From contig BAAIJX010000014.1 of the NCBI GenBank assembly GCA_054600435.1, positions 62,001 to 126,000 of the forward strand: 64,000 nt of DNA, read 5' to 3'. Made by a program: the position numbers and the translations under genes. Below are positions 1 through 12,085 of the stretch, piece by piece. A model generated the notes under the pieces. The model saw only the letters and a list, made by a program, of their open reading frames with translations. It was not told the origin of the DNA and searched no databases. This stretch comes from Neophaeotheca triangularis. Taxonomy: Eukaryota. The number at the start of each line of letters is the position of its first letter. The first letter of the stretch is position 1.

Positions 1-3000
1 AGCACGTGGTTGCAGGTGATGGTGAAGGGAGAGGTTAATATGTGCAAGGCATGTGCTAGGGGTATGTGGAGATGCTTACCGAGCCTGTGATGTTCTTGTG
101 AAGATGTGCGCAGTACCAATATTCGAAATACTGTGCGGTCGGTTGTGGTTGGTGTTGTTGTTTGTTTGCAGAAATTGAAGAGGCTGGCGTCGTGTCAGTA
201 TTTTGTAGGCAGGCGCGCCTGAGCTTGAGGACCGAGCTTTCATTCACACTTCTGCCAAGCTATTAGATACGACCAATGACGCTACCTGACGCATAGACTC
301 ACCCAGAGGCCTACTCTCAAAGCAGGTGAGGTCGTCCCGGTATCCCCTTTCGTTGGCTCACATTCACATAGCAGTATGTCGGCCTTGGCAATATCAGTCT
401 TCGCTTCAGGGGCCCGTACTACTCCGGAGCCGGGATCTGAACACTACACGGGGTCTGTTAGCATTGCCAGCATCTTATGCTTCGACTAGGACATCATTTA
501 CCTATACAATATGCTAGCCGAGTCCCTGCATTAGTGTACAGTCTCAGGAGAACTCTCCGAAACTGCCTCCTCATGTTTCAGCTGCTCGGCCCTCTGCTTC
601 ACAATCTCCCAGCTCGTGCGTACCGTGGACACTAACGGCATACCCAGTCATGAGGGTAGCTTCTCCATTGGGAACGTCGAGTACGAGTACTCTCCTCTTA
701 TCAAGCCATTGTCAGCGGTCATCGCACTTAGTCGACGCATTCTCCTTGCCCATCAAAATTCAAGCAGGGTCCCACATCCTCTTCGGCAATCGAGTCCATT
801 CGGCACGGATACTCGAAGGAGAGGCGAAGCAAGAAGCGAATGTAAAACAAAAGCATTGCCTTGAACAGCTCGTGTGACCTACATGTATAGAGCACTACCT
901 TAGCTTTCCCAAGCAATCTGTAGAAAGTTAGGGGTTTGCGATGCCTCAAAGCCTCGAATGGGGCCGTAAAAGAGGATCAAAGCACCTCACAACGTGCTAA
1001 TTCCCAATGCCAGGCAAGTGGCATGTTTCTGACTTTCCATCCGATGCAAGTGTAACGTACCGTCTGCCTCTCGACAGTCCCGTGCGGTGATGGCTTAATT
1101 GATCGAGTTGCTGGTTTTTGTACGGCAAGGCCAAGTTGGACCCAGTTTGCCAGAAGGATACTCGACCAGGTGATGGAGACACCTTCGTGAGGTGATTAGT
1201 AGCTGATAGTACTGCGCAATTATTCCGCACAGCCATTCACAAAAGAAGAAGAAGATTGAGCAAGAAGCCTGGCAGCGGTCGTCTTACCGAATTCGCCTTC
1301 AATGCTTTATTTTTTGAAAAAAAAAAGAAAGAGAATAAAAAAAGCGCAAAAAAGATCGCTCGAATCACCGTGGATGGAACACGAATTCGAACTGTAAACA
1401 ATCGGGGGTAGTACTCCGTTAGCTCCAAAGATACGGGCCTCTAGTTCGCGCCGTATATCCCTCTGGTTAAGAGCCCGATGGTTTCCCGCTACACCATATC
1501 TCCACCACAGAGATTTGGGTATGGCATGCTCTTCTTCGAGGGAAGAAGAGACCTAGGCGGATTGTTATGTCATCTTTTGGGATGTCAAATATATTGACTG
1601 GGGTTATGTCGCATCTTTTGCAATATTCGAGGTTCGTAGGTGCCTGTGTAACACGTGCTTTCGTCCTCGACGTCATGGGCAGGCACTCTGAAAGCACACC
1701 GCCTTCGTGCACTGCCCATCCGCTGCGACAGCTTTGACCTTCTACTACCGGAGAATTGTCACTGTCATGCAGTGGCGCTGTCACGAATCTTTGCTCTACC
1801 GGTTCCGGGGGCACGCTCCTCAAGTCCTTACGATCTTTGTTCTCCAGAGTTGCCAGCTTGGGGGTTCCTCTGGCAGGATCCGAGAGAAGAGTCCAGGAAG
1901 CAGCGAACAGCATACTGCGACTTCCTAGGCGTACAAGCCATCGGATCCCGGATTCCAGTACATACCTACGGTAAGTTTCGACTGAGATACACACTACAGC
2001 GCGCAATAATCATAGGTGTATGCTAGGTGGACTATTCAGTCGTACTTGCTTCCTCTTTGGGATTCGGCAGAGCAAACACTGTAGTGTAAGCGCATACTCT
2101 TCGCGCACGCCATGGGATTTCGATAGAGCGCTACCCAAGCCAGAACCTTCTGCGCGGCTTTCACTCGCTCTACAGTCCGGCTTCCTCGGTGACAATTTGG
2201 AACGAATGGCTGGCCGCGTTTGTATCTGGTTTGCTTGACCAAGCAGTGGCTTCTCATCCCTGCATTACCTGGAAATGCGGCGGCAGTGGGCCACTTCCTA
2301 TTCATCGATCCATTGCTCTTGCACTAACGTCCTGTTGTTGTCTTCGGATAGGATTGGTTTCCTCGGGTCCGACGTCTCATACATGTTCTCGGCAAATAGG
2401 TAGGCAACGGTAGGTAGCAGGCGGGCTCTGATTGCTTCTGAGCGCTTCAACTAGAGGGAAGCGAGGACGATCGGCACATGCGCAAAAGCGCTCTCGTCGT
2501 TACTATATAAGTCCAATCCGAGCATCCAAATGATCTGGTTGAATGTTGACAAACATCAACGTTGCTTTCCACCAAAGAGGCATCGCATCCCAAACAGGAC
2601 GAGCTGAAGTCAAGCTGAGGCTGCTTTCACTTTCCCCTTTCGGTTCAACGGACCCACATCCCTACTAGTGGAGGTAGCTTCAACTCCATCCTCCCGCGAA
2701 GACAACATTCATCATATCCGAGTCGGGAAGAAACACGCAAATAATTCCCCGAGCATTTTGGATTCCATGGTATGCCTTGGAATGGCGATAGACGGAGCGA
2801 AACGGCCGCTTACTTGACAACCGCCCGTCGCTTTCGCCAGTAGACAAAGGTCAAAGTTCCATCCGCTCACGGGACCAGATACCCCGAAGGCGGAGACGTC
2901 TTCAACATGAAGTAGGTAATCGCCCGACGGTCTTTAGATGACGTACCGAGCTCTGGTTCCTTTGAATTGAATGGATGAGATGCAGTTGATAAAGTCCGGG

Positions 3001-3115
3001 CGTCCATATAATAATTAAGCGTCGACTACACATATATCAAAAGCCGCGGAAGGTCTACAAAACAGCAGCATCTTCCTCGTCAATCATCCAGCACCACACA
3101 CCCCTCAAAGCCAAC

Positions 3116-4162
3116 ATGTCCCTCCCCAAAACCCTCCCCCTCCAAGCCGCCAACAACACCACCATCCAAATCCCCTCCGTCGGCTACGGAACCGCCGGCC
3201 ACAAAGGCACAGCCAAAGATGCCACCCTAACCGCCCTCCGCATGGGCTACCGGCACCTCGACTGCGCCTGGATCTACGGCGTCGACGGCGAGATAGGCGC
3301 CGCAATCCGCGAATCCGGCGTACCGCGATCCGAACTCTTCATCACGACCAAATTCTGGCACCACTTCGGCCACCCGGACGACGTCGAGCTATGCCTGGAC
3401 AAAATCCTACACAACATGGGCCTGGACTACGTAGACCTCTATCTCGCCCACTGGCCCATAGTGAGCAAGAGCCTCGGCCGCGAAGCGCTGGAGAAAGCCA
3501 CCACAGGCGACCCGAGCACCACCCCAGCACACCAGCGAGGCCAAGCAACAACCGCCGACGACAAGCCCATCCTCGACCACACCCACAGCACCTCTGCCAT
3601 GGCCGCGTCCGCCGGCCAAACCGGCACCTTCCTCCCCACCTGGCGCGCAATGCAATCCCTCGTCCACAGCGGCAAAACCCGCACCATCGGCGTCTCCAAC
3701 TTCTCCGCCGACGAGCTCGGCGAAATCCTCTCCGCCGACCCCGTCGACCCCTCGATCCCCTTATCCTGCAACCAGATCGAAGTCCACCCCCACCTCCCGC
3801 AAACCGCCCTGCTCGCCTTCTGCCGCGCCCACAACGTGCTAGTGACGTGCTACTCCCCCTTCGCCGGAGCACACACGGTGAAGGGGGAGGAGTCTCTGCT
3901 GCAATCCCGCACTCTGACGCGGCTGGCGGACGAAACGGGGTTGCAGAAAGGTCAGCTTTTGCAGAGTTGGGCTGTGCAGAGGGGGACGGTGCCGCTCGGG
4001 AAGAGCGCGGATGAGGGGCGGATGAGGGCGCATCTGGATGTTAGGGTTCTGGAGGAGGGGGTTATGAGGGAGTTGGATGGGATGGCGTTGGAAGGGGGGA
4101 AGGGGCGGACTTGTGATCTAAGAGGGGATTGGGGGGTGCCGGGATTGTTTGGGGGGGAGTAG
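3116..4162 (+). CDS. Aldo-keto reductase (single exon, 348 aa)
   Basis: IPSVGYGT, GYRHLDCAWIY, LFITTK, YVDLYLAHWP (D-Y-K-H tetrad), IGVSNF, NQIEVHP. Confidence 0.93.
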   Translation: MSLPKTLPLQAANNTTIQIPSVGYGTAGHKGTAKDATLTALRMGYRHLDCAWIYGVDGEIGAAIRESGVPRSELFITTKFWHHFGHPDDVELCLDKILHNMGLDYVDLYLAHWPIVSKSLGREALEKATTGDPSTTPAHQRGQATTADDKPILDHTHSTSAMAASAGQTGTFLPTWRAMQSLVHSGKTRTIGVSNFSADELGEILSADPVDPSIPLSCNQIEVHPHLPQTALLAFCRAHNVLVTCYSPFAGAHTVKGEESLLQSRTLTRLADETGLQKGQLLQSWAVQRGTVPLGKSADEGRMRAHLDVRVLEEGVMRELDGMALEGGKGRTCDLRGDWGVPGLFGGE

Positions 4163-4671
4163 GGGTGGGGGTGTCTTGGCACCGATAGTGGAGGTGGCTA
4201 GGGTTGTGGTGTGTGAGGGCTGGTTTATTTGCTTAGGACGAGTCGGCAGTTGTCCTGGTGTGTATGGCATGATTGCAGCAGTGCCCGGCCCTTTGGTCCC
4301 ACGGTCTCAAGCCTACAGCAAGGAGACGCAGACGTTCTCCCATCAGTCCCTAACGGCGTGACAGAACAGATATCAACGTTCGATTAAAGATACACTATAT
4401 ACCCATCCACCCACTGGTCTGCACGATACTTGTATCGCCATCGCCCTCAAAAACTACGTAGACCGGCTGTCCACCTCGTCAATTCACAGCGAGCAGACGA
4501 GGGGGAGGGAAGGAAAACGGAAAGGATAGACATCTCGCTCAGGATCCGCAATTTTTGTACCAAGCCACTCGAGCCCATATCAAAAGCACAACCGCTCCAA
4601 CCGCAGAATACGACAAACCACTCTTCCCACCATCCACCCACGCAACCTAGCCATTAACCAGTAAATGAATC

Positions 4672-6169
4672 TTACACCCTCTTTCCCCTCCCCCTGCCCA
4701 AACCTTCTTTTTCCTCCTTCTCAACCCCCTCCATAGCCTCATCCTCCAACTGCCTACTCGCCTGAACCTCATCACTATCCTCCGCAGCCAAACTCATCCT
4801 AACCTTCTTCCTCCCGCGCGCCTCACCCTCATCATAAGCCTCCCCAGCGTCCAAATCTCCACTATCCTCATCGCTCGCACTCGGCGGGCTGGCGTTGCGG
4901 GAATCGCTCAAATTGCGACGACGACTGCCTTGCATCCAGCCCTTAACACCACCGATCAGGCCCATGGCGTAGCCGGCCGCGAAGTCGGAGTTGCGGCTGC
5001 GGCCAGTGCCAGTCGGGGTGGCAGTGCCCCCGTTGTTGCCGCTTGGGGTGGGGACTTCGAGGTGCGAGAGCTGTTCTAGGGCGTTGGGGATTGGGCTCTT
5101 AGCCATGGAAGCGCGAGAGGGGGTGCCGCGGCCGGCGGTGCCATTGTTAATGGAATTGCGGGTCGAGGGCGCGGGAGAGGATTGCCGGGAAGGTTGCCAG
5201 AATTGGCGGAGCTCTTTGCCGAGTTCTTGGCCCGTGGTGGTCCAGTTGGTGCGGATGGTGTCGCGGAGTTCGTCAACGTGGCGTTTGATGTCCAGCTGGT
5301 TTTTCTTGAGCCACGAGATGTTGAGCTCCTGTCTGCTGGTGCCGCGCTTGAGCTGGCGCGCTATGTATTGTTCGTAGTCGCGGACGATCTTTGTGATGAT
5401 GCCAGTGGTGCTGACACCTTCGGTACGTTGGGTGACGAGGAACTGCCCGCGCTCTTTGATAGGTTTGTAAATGTCGTCACCTTCGCTGGCGCCGTAGGGG
5501 ATGTCGTCGTGGGCTACGTAGTCGATGCGGTGTTTTTCCAAAAACGGCACGTTGATGACCCACGGGCAGTCTTCGACCACCTCATCGACCCATTTGCAAT
5601 GGCGGACCGACTCGGCACGTTCTTTGGCCGAAAGGACAGTCAATCCCTTCCGCTTATGCGTTTCGCCGTCGCCAGTCACGCCAACGATGAGGTAAGTGTT
5701 GGGGAAAGCGGATTTGGCCTGTTCGAGCTGGCGCATGTGGCTGTGCAGAACATTCTTCGTCAGCCTTGACCCTCACAGCGAGGCAATTGGACAGGATTTC
5801 TCACCCGAGATGGAACAAGTCAAAGACGCCATCAGCGTAGACTCGAACCATGCGGTCTTTCGGCGGTTTGTTGGTCTTGTAACCGCCCATGGGATCTACA
5901 AGTCCGGCCTTGGGCACAGGGGCCATCCTCATATTATCGGCTTCATTGTTCTCGCCCGCCTCGTCAACAGTGCCGGCGCCGTTGGAGGAGGCGGCGGCGG
6001 CGGTGCTACGCGTCGACCGTGTGCGTTTGGGTGGGGATTCTTTATGCTCGAGCACGTCGTCCAGGACGGGGTCTGCCATGTCCTCGCCCAATGCATCGCG
6101 GGAGTTGGCTTGGGGAGCATCGGCGGTGGTGGAGGGGAGGGTGGAGGCGCGTTTGCGTTTGGGAGCCAT
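4672..6169 (-). CDS. PCT1: Choline-phosphate cytidylyltransferase, 2 exons (intron ~5741-5805)
   Basis: RVYADGVFDLFHLG|HMRQLEQAK (HxGH spans the intron), RTEGVSTT; start MAPKRKR at 6169; GTGAGA...CAG splice joins the two ORFs. Confidence 0.93.
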
Positions 6170-6551
6170 TGTTGGTGTTGTGATGGACGTGGTTAGAGCG
6201 GGTTTTGGGTGGTGAAGATTGCTGCAGTGGATGGTAATGGGAGCTCTAGAACTGGAACATTTGATGGAGATGATGCGCGGGTGAGGTAAGCCACGTGGGT
6301 CGACGGCTAAGTTAGTTAGGTAGGTAATGTGATAGGAAGGAGCAATGCGGCGATAACAATAACAACGTAGGTGAGAGTATTCGCAGCACACACAGCGACG
6401 ATAGCAGTGATGCAATAAGTTGGTAGTAGAGTAGAGGAAGAGACAATGGAAGTTGGAAAGAAGTGCGAATACTAACAATAATGAGGTAGAAGATGGCCTC
6501 GACCTGGGACGGGAGATATTGCCCAAGCTTCTTCCAGCTGTTCAAAGTGTG

Positions 6552-6590
6552 GAGAGAGAGAGAGAGAGAGACACACACACACGCACACAC
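6552..6590. repeat. (GA)n(CA)n compound microsatellite
   Basis: Directly visible upstream of PCT1. Confidence 0.9.
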
Positions 6591-6954
6591 GACCTGGGCA
6601 GCCACTCCTCATCCCTGAAATGGCCCTCGACCAACTTTTGCCCCAGGCTTGGCACACAACGTCAGGCAGCATGCGCGCATGTCAGCATGGATGTCACTGT
6701 CTATTCGAATGGTCCAGAGCCAATTATTATTGTTTGAATCTTGCCGACCGTTTGTACAAGGTACCTACGCAACCCGGGCAGTGATTACCAGGGTCAGTCG
6801 TGCCCAATTCACGACACTACCGGTACTTCTTTCCCGGCGACGACAAGACAGTATCAAACGATCGCTTTCATTAAACGTTACGAACGCTCTCAACCAGCTC
6901 CCACAAAAAGACCAACTCGCCGCTCGTAAAATACTGAATGTGACGACGACGAAG

Positions 6955-7002
<48 letters not shown>

Positions 7003-7013
7003 GCAGCAGCAGC
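6955..7013. repeat. (ACA)n followed by (GCA)n microsatellite
   Basis: About 15 ACA units followed by CAG units; explains the poly-T/V/C/L shadow ORFs. Confidence 0.95.
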
Positions 7014-7413
7014 CAGGCCAACATGCAATGCATCCATCGTAGAAACTCGTGCAAAGGGGGAGTGGGTGGACAAATTCGAAGAAAGAAAAGACCAGCGCGC
7101 TCTCGAAGCCCAGTAAGGTAATGGAACCGGGCGAGCCGCGTGACGAAGCGGAAGCATGTATGGTGACGGACGATTGTGAAAGAGGGATGGGCAGTATAGG
7201 CAGGTTGTTGTGAGAAAGAAGCGGGCGGACGGACGGGCGGCTCAATCTCGTGTATCTTTCTCCTGGGTATCAATCATGCGATGCAATTGCTGTGCTAGAT
7301 CCATGCCGTCGGCGGTGTATGCGTGTGTGTGTGCGTCCGTCTTTGCGAGCCCTCTTTTCACCTTTCCCGTCCAATCACTTCCACCAGCACGCGCAACGGA
7401 CGCCCTTGCTCCA

Positions 7414-9367
7414 CTATTGCAGAGACTTCTCCGCTTGGTTGATGTCAAGACTGTCGCCCGGCCTCGACCCAGCTGAAGCGCTCGCTGCGCTGCTACCCTC
7501 CGTCTTGTCCTCCTTGTTCGCTTGCGGCCCCGGTGTCTCCTCTCTCGCGCCATTGGTGGTGGTTGATGAGGACTCGCTCTGCCCCTTCTTGACTTGCTCC
7601 GCGAGATCCTTGTCCTCGTCCTCGCTCGCCTCGCCGCGTTCGTCCATGTCGACGTCGCCGTCTTCGTCGCCATGCGTGTGATCTGTCAAAACCTCAGTAC
7701 CATCCCCCAAAAGTATGATGCGTCCAGGCCGACCTCCTAGCATGCGCGTGCGCTGATCCATGTCCATGTCATCGTCGTATGGCGAGTCGTCGAAGCGATG
7801 AGAATTGCCGGGTCCCCTAAACTCGGCTGGTTACGTGAAAAAGGTATTAGCTTAGGAACTGACTTTGCAACACGCCTGATCACCCACGAGTGGGAAGGAG
7901 CGACCGAGCTGTCATGTCAATAGGTACTGCTAGGGTATCGAGGATACATAGGGTATCCGTAAGGAACAACGTAAGAATCAAGCATTCATGATCGAACGTG
8001 GATTGGGCTCGGCGGCAGGGATGAGGATCAAGACTTGCCGTACTCAGGAGGTGCGCAAGGCCCATCTCCATTCGCGACGCGGTCGCCAATCATGTTGTAC
8101 CACTCCTCCTTTGTCTTGCCATTAAGAAGCGCAATAACAACCATGGTCATGTTGTCACAACCCACTCCGCCAGTCTCGCTGTTGGATGCAAGGCAGTTGT
8201 CCATCATATTCTCGCAGATTGAGTGAAGTTCCTGTTTCGCAGCAATACCTCTCCTGACGAACTCGATGACGGCTTGGGAGGACTGGCAATCCCAGATACC
8301 TATTCAACAGTCAGCTGTGTTTTGTGCAGTGTTGTATCGAGTGTCACAACATACCGTCACAAGCAATGACCAAGAACTCGTCGTCGTCACTGAGCTCGTG
8401 GATGGTGACATCGGGGAAAGCGGTAACAATTTGCTGCTCTGGTGGAAGGTCTGCGCTCTTCTTGAACTCAAAGTCGCCAATGGCACGGCTCAGGGCGAGG
8501 TTGCCATTGACTCGGCCAAAGTCGACGAAGCCGCCAGCCGCACAGATGCGTGCCTTTTCGCCCTCGTTTTGCGGTTTGTGGTCAAATGAGAGAGGCTTTG
8601 CGCGACCCTTGATACCGAGTACCGATCGAGAGTCTCCAGAGTTGCCCTGCCCAGCTTGTCAGCAAGTAATCTCAAGCCAGTCAACCGCAATGCTTGTACG
8701 TACCACATAGACTTTGTCCTTTGTGATGATGCCGACAGAAGCGGTGCAGCCAGAGACTTCTTCCTCGTATTTGGGATCTGCACAATCGTCGAGTCAGCTC
8801 ACAACACTCCCCACACGACAACACGTCTCGCAGATACGCACCACTCAAGATAGCCCTATCGATCGCCAAGAATCCATCCTTGAGCGCCTGCTCGAAATTG
8901 TGCTTCTTGAAAGCCTCCTGCTTTGCGATAATCTTGTGCAGGTGCTCGCCAGTGTAGAGCGCCACTTTGTCACCTCCGTGCCCGTCGTACACGCCGAAGA
9001 AGGATATTCGCACGTCGGAAGCGGCGGGCTTCAGCTCCTCGTCACCTTCGAGGGCCTGTAGGTCCAGAACGGCGGCGTGCGCGTCTTCCATGCTGATTCT
9101 CCAGCCCTGCATGGCGCTGACGCCAAAGGCGACCCGGTCATCTTGGCCTTCGTCGGAGTTCTGCAGTCAAAGAGTACAATGTCAGCGTGTGTGTCTTGTA
9201 TACATTGTATGGACTGACGATCTTGGAGAGCGTCGCCGAGGCATATGAATTTGTGCGTGCGCTTATTGCCACCGGAAAGCGCCCGATTTGACGAGTGTGC
9301 GCTGAAAGAGGACGACGCGAGGGCCACGTACCTTGTCCACCACGGGCTCCGACAGTGTTTGACCCAT
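7414..9367 (-). CDS. Protein phosphatase 2C, PTC2/PTC3 type, multi-exon; last intron is GC-AG (7827-8038)
   Basis: [12 protein letters not shown] start, [45 protein letters not shown], acidic tail with [12 protein letters not shown]. Confidence 0.92.
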
Positions 9368-10087
9368 GTTTGCGGCGGCGAGGTTGTGTGTGGTGAAGGT
9401 GAGGTTGCAAGCTTTATGCGAGTTCGAATTGTAGAGCAGAAGTGGGGAGGGTTGTTGGTCACCGAAGGCGGGCCAGACGCGCTCTCGGTCCGTGGGGGTG
9501 GGAGGTGGTCGACTGCGGAGGGCGCGTGCTCGGAGAGGGGAGGGGGGGTGGTAGAGGAGGTGGTTGTAGGGCAACGGTAAGGTATGCGGACAAGCAAAGG
9601 TGCTCGTCGTCAAGAATCGGTAAGGAATTCGCTGTGTGTACGAGAAGGTATTGAGGAGTAGTGAAAAGGTCGCGTGTGTGGTACGGTAAGGCAGAGACGC
9701 TTCTCAGCCGCCTGATGAGGCAGGAGATATGGACCTTGCACCCAACACCTCACATAGTGCCTCTGACGTAGGTAGCCTCTCAATCCGGCTTGCCCTCCAT
9801 GCCCGTGTTGCTAGGTTACCTAGGTAGGTTCTCTTCGACCTCACTTCATCGAACAACACCATTTCCTTGTGGAATAATGTTTCATATGCTAAAATGCGTA
9901 TATCCCCCGAACATGATCCATAATGCTAGACCATTAAAGAAATACACACGTATACAAACAGGAACATCCGTATATCTGAGAGCGCCGCTGAGTAGCAGCA
10001 ACAAAGGATAGCACCCACCTTCGTAAGACTAGACAGACAATAGCTAACTTGAGGCGAAAGGTTGCCAAATGATCAAAACCCTTTTTT

Positions 10088-10672
10088 TTACCAGTTAACA
10101 TCATCGAAATCACCCCAATCTTGGCGCCTTCTCCCAACGTAATAATCAGGTGCCTGGCGCGATCTCCTGCGCCTTATCTCGTCCTCTCGATCCAAGGAAA
10201 GAAGGACATTCGCCCTCTCGAGCATGAGATCGGCCTTTGCATCCAATTGCCGCTGCATTCGCTGTGCGTCAAGGTCGTCAGGGTAAAGAAAGTTTTCGTA
10301 GAGCAATACCCGCACCCGGTATGTTGGATCCGCGTGCAATCTATCGACGTCTGAGTATATGATGTGAAGGCCGCCCCGACAGCGATAGCCTTCATCGTCA
10401 ACTTCCCAACCGAAACCCTGATTACACTTGAAGGGCAGAACCGCGATCATGTCGTAGTTCTTGAGGACCGCACCGCCCTAGGCCGCGGCTGTTTGGCGGC
10501 TGACCCCCGGGCGCCCATTCTCATTCGGTGTATTGTTCCAGCTCGAAGGACCAGCGGTCGAAGGTTGCTCGGTGCCCGGCGGCCCTTCCATACATGGTGG
10601 CTGGTTGCCGCCTTGCTGGCCTTGTTGGCTAAAGGGCCAGGTAGGGAAGTTGGATGGGTTTGATCCAGACAT
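10088..10672 (-). pseudogene. Paralog of 11318-12085 with one in-frame TAG (10478-10480)
   Basis: ORFs 10478-10672 and 10088-10450 share a frame: RQTAAA*GGAVLKNYDMIAVLPFKCNQGFGWEVDDEGYRCRGGLH; aligns by eye with the neighbouring gene. Confidence 0.72.
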
Positions 10673-11317
10673 CTTGGTAGGTTTGTTGATATAATGGATT
10701 CCATGGGTTTGGGGGACAGGTAAGTTTGGTTGTCGATAAGTATGTGGGAAGATGAGATTGGTTTTGATTTAGAGTAGGAAGAGGTCGAGGACAGTAAGAG
10801 CAAGGTAGGCCTGATTTATAGTAAGTTAACGTGGTATGACTCGAAGCCATTTGAAAGACGGTAGGCTGAACTGTTATTGTTCGTATATTAGCAGCTGACG
10901 TTGTTGCAGCTACTGACGAGATCATGCCCAGCTAGAACAATCGTTGATAATACCCTTCGACGCATTATGGCCGTACACGATGTAATTGCTGAGATATAGC
11001 GTGACGATAGGTATTTGCGCTAACTGTCGACTAAGATCCCATAGAAGGCAGCGCGAAGCGTATACGACGGACTGCATCTTAAGCGGCAAACTGCACAAGG
11101 AGAATGAGCATTAATCAAGCGAATGGAGAACGGACAATCATATGAGGAACTCGTATTAAGCTAATAGAAAAAACGCCGAAGCCTGGAGCCGCCTTTCCCG
11201 CCATCCATGCCATGTCAAAAACCGTCCGAAATCTGGGAAGCGCCACCTTGTCGCTGGTCAACATCCAATTGGGGACGAAGCCCCAACCCTAGATAGCCAG
11301 TATCCAAGCTACCTATT

Positions 11318-12085
11318 TCACAATCCACCGAAGCCGCCCAGCCCGCCATAGCCACCACCCATCCTGCCGTGACCACTACTCATACCGCCAAAGCCACCGC
11401 CCATACCGCCTCCCAAGCCGCCGAAGCCATCATCCATCCCACCAAAAGCACGGAATCCGCCCACCCCTCCATATCTCCGCTCCATCTCCAACTGTTTGGG
11501 GCTTGGCCCAATCCGACAATACACTTTGTAACTAGGGTCCGCAACCCATCTATCAATATCCTCATGCGAGATCCAATGAGCGAGGCGGTTGCACCTGTAA
11601 CCTTCCTCTACGAGGTGCCAGCCATAGCCCATGGGACATGTGCTGATTTGGGCAATCAGGAACTTTACGCGCTCGTCGAATTGATGTAGAGCTTGCGGCC
11701 CTTGGGAAGCAGCTTGGCAACGAGCGGTGCCTCCCGTTATTGCTGTATCAGTCGTCGTTTGGGTCGTGTTGTTGTTGATCTGGTTGTAACCATATCGACC
11801 GTAGTGCGTCTGAGCTGGGAGCGTTGGGTTCCGCTGGACCGGCTCAGGGGTGGTTGGCGGTAGCTGTTGCTGGGGTGGCGGCGTAGGAGCGGGCTGTTGG
11901 TCGTACTGCTGTTGAGGCTGGGGTGGTGAGGCAGCCTGGCTAGCAAGATTGGTCGAAGTCGTCGTCGTCGTCGACTGCTGGCTCTGCTGGCCCCAGCTGT
12001 GGGAATCATGATGGGAGCTTTGGCCCGGCTGCTGGGAGTTGGAGCCTTGCTGGTTGAAGAAAGGGTTGTCGAAAGGGTTTGACAT
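11318..12085 (-). CDS. Hypothetical protein: Q/P/T-rich N-terminus, CxxG[YF]xW-x5-GYRC-x4-H module, Gly/Met/Phe-rich tail
   Basis: Uninterrupted 255-aa ORF, accaccATG start context, paralog immediately downstream. Confidence 0.8.
   Translation of the reverse strand: MSNPFDNPFFNQQGSNSQQPGQSSHHDSHSWGQQSQQSTTTTTSTNLASQAASPPQPQQQYDQQPAPTPPPQQQLPPTTPEPVQRNPTLPAQTHYGRYGYNQINNNTTQTTTDTAITGGTARCQAASQGPQALHQFDERVKFLIAQISTCPMGYGWHLVEEGYRCNRLAHWISHEDIDRWVADPSYKVYCRIGPSPKQLEMERRYGGVGGFRAFGGMDDGFGGLGGGMGGGFGGMSSGHGRMGGGYGGLGGFGGL

Noticed and set aside
1..3000. Short ORFs in the first 3 kb and a minus-strand GTAAGC donor near position 79
   Set aside because: No recognisable protein; the donor may belong to the leader of a gene outside the window, but this cannot be supported here.
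6649..7273. ORFs with poly-Thr/Val/Cys/Leu runs
   Set aside because: Artefacts of the (ACA)n microsatellite.
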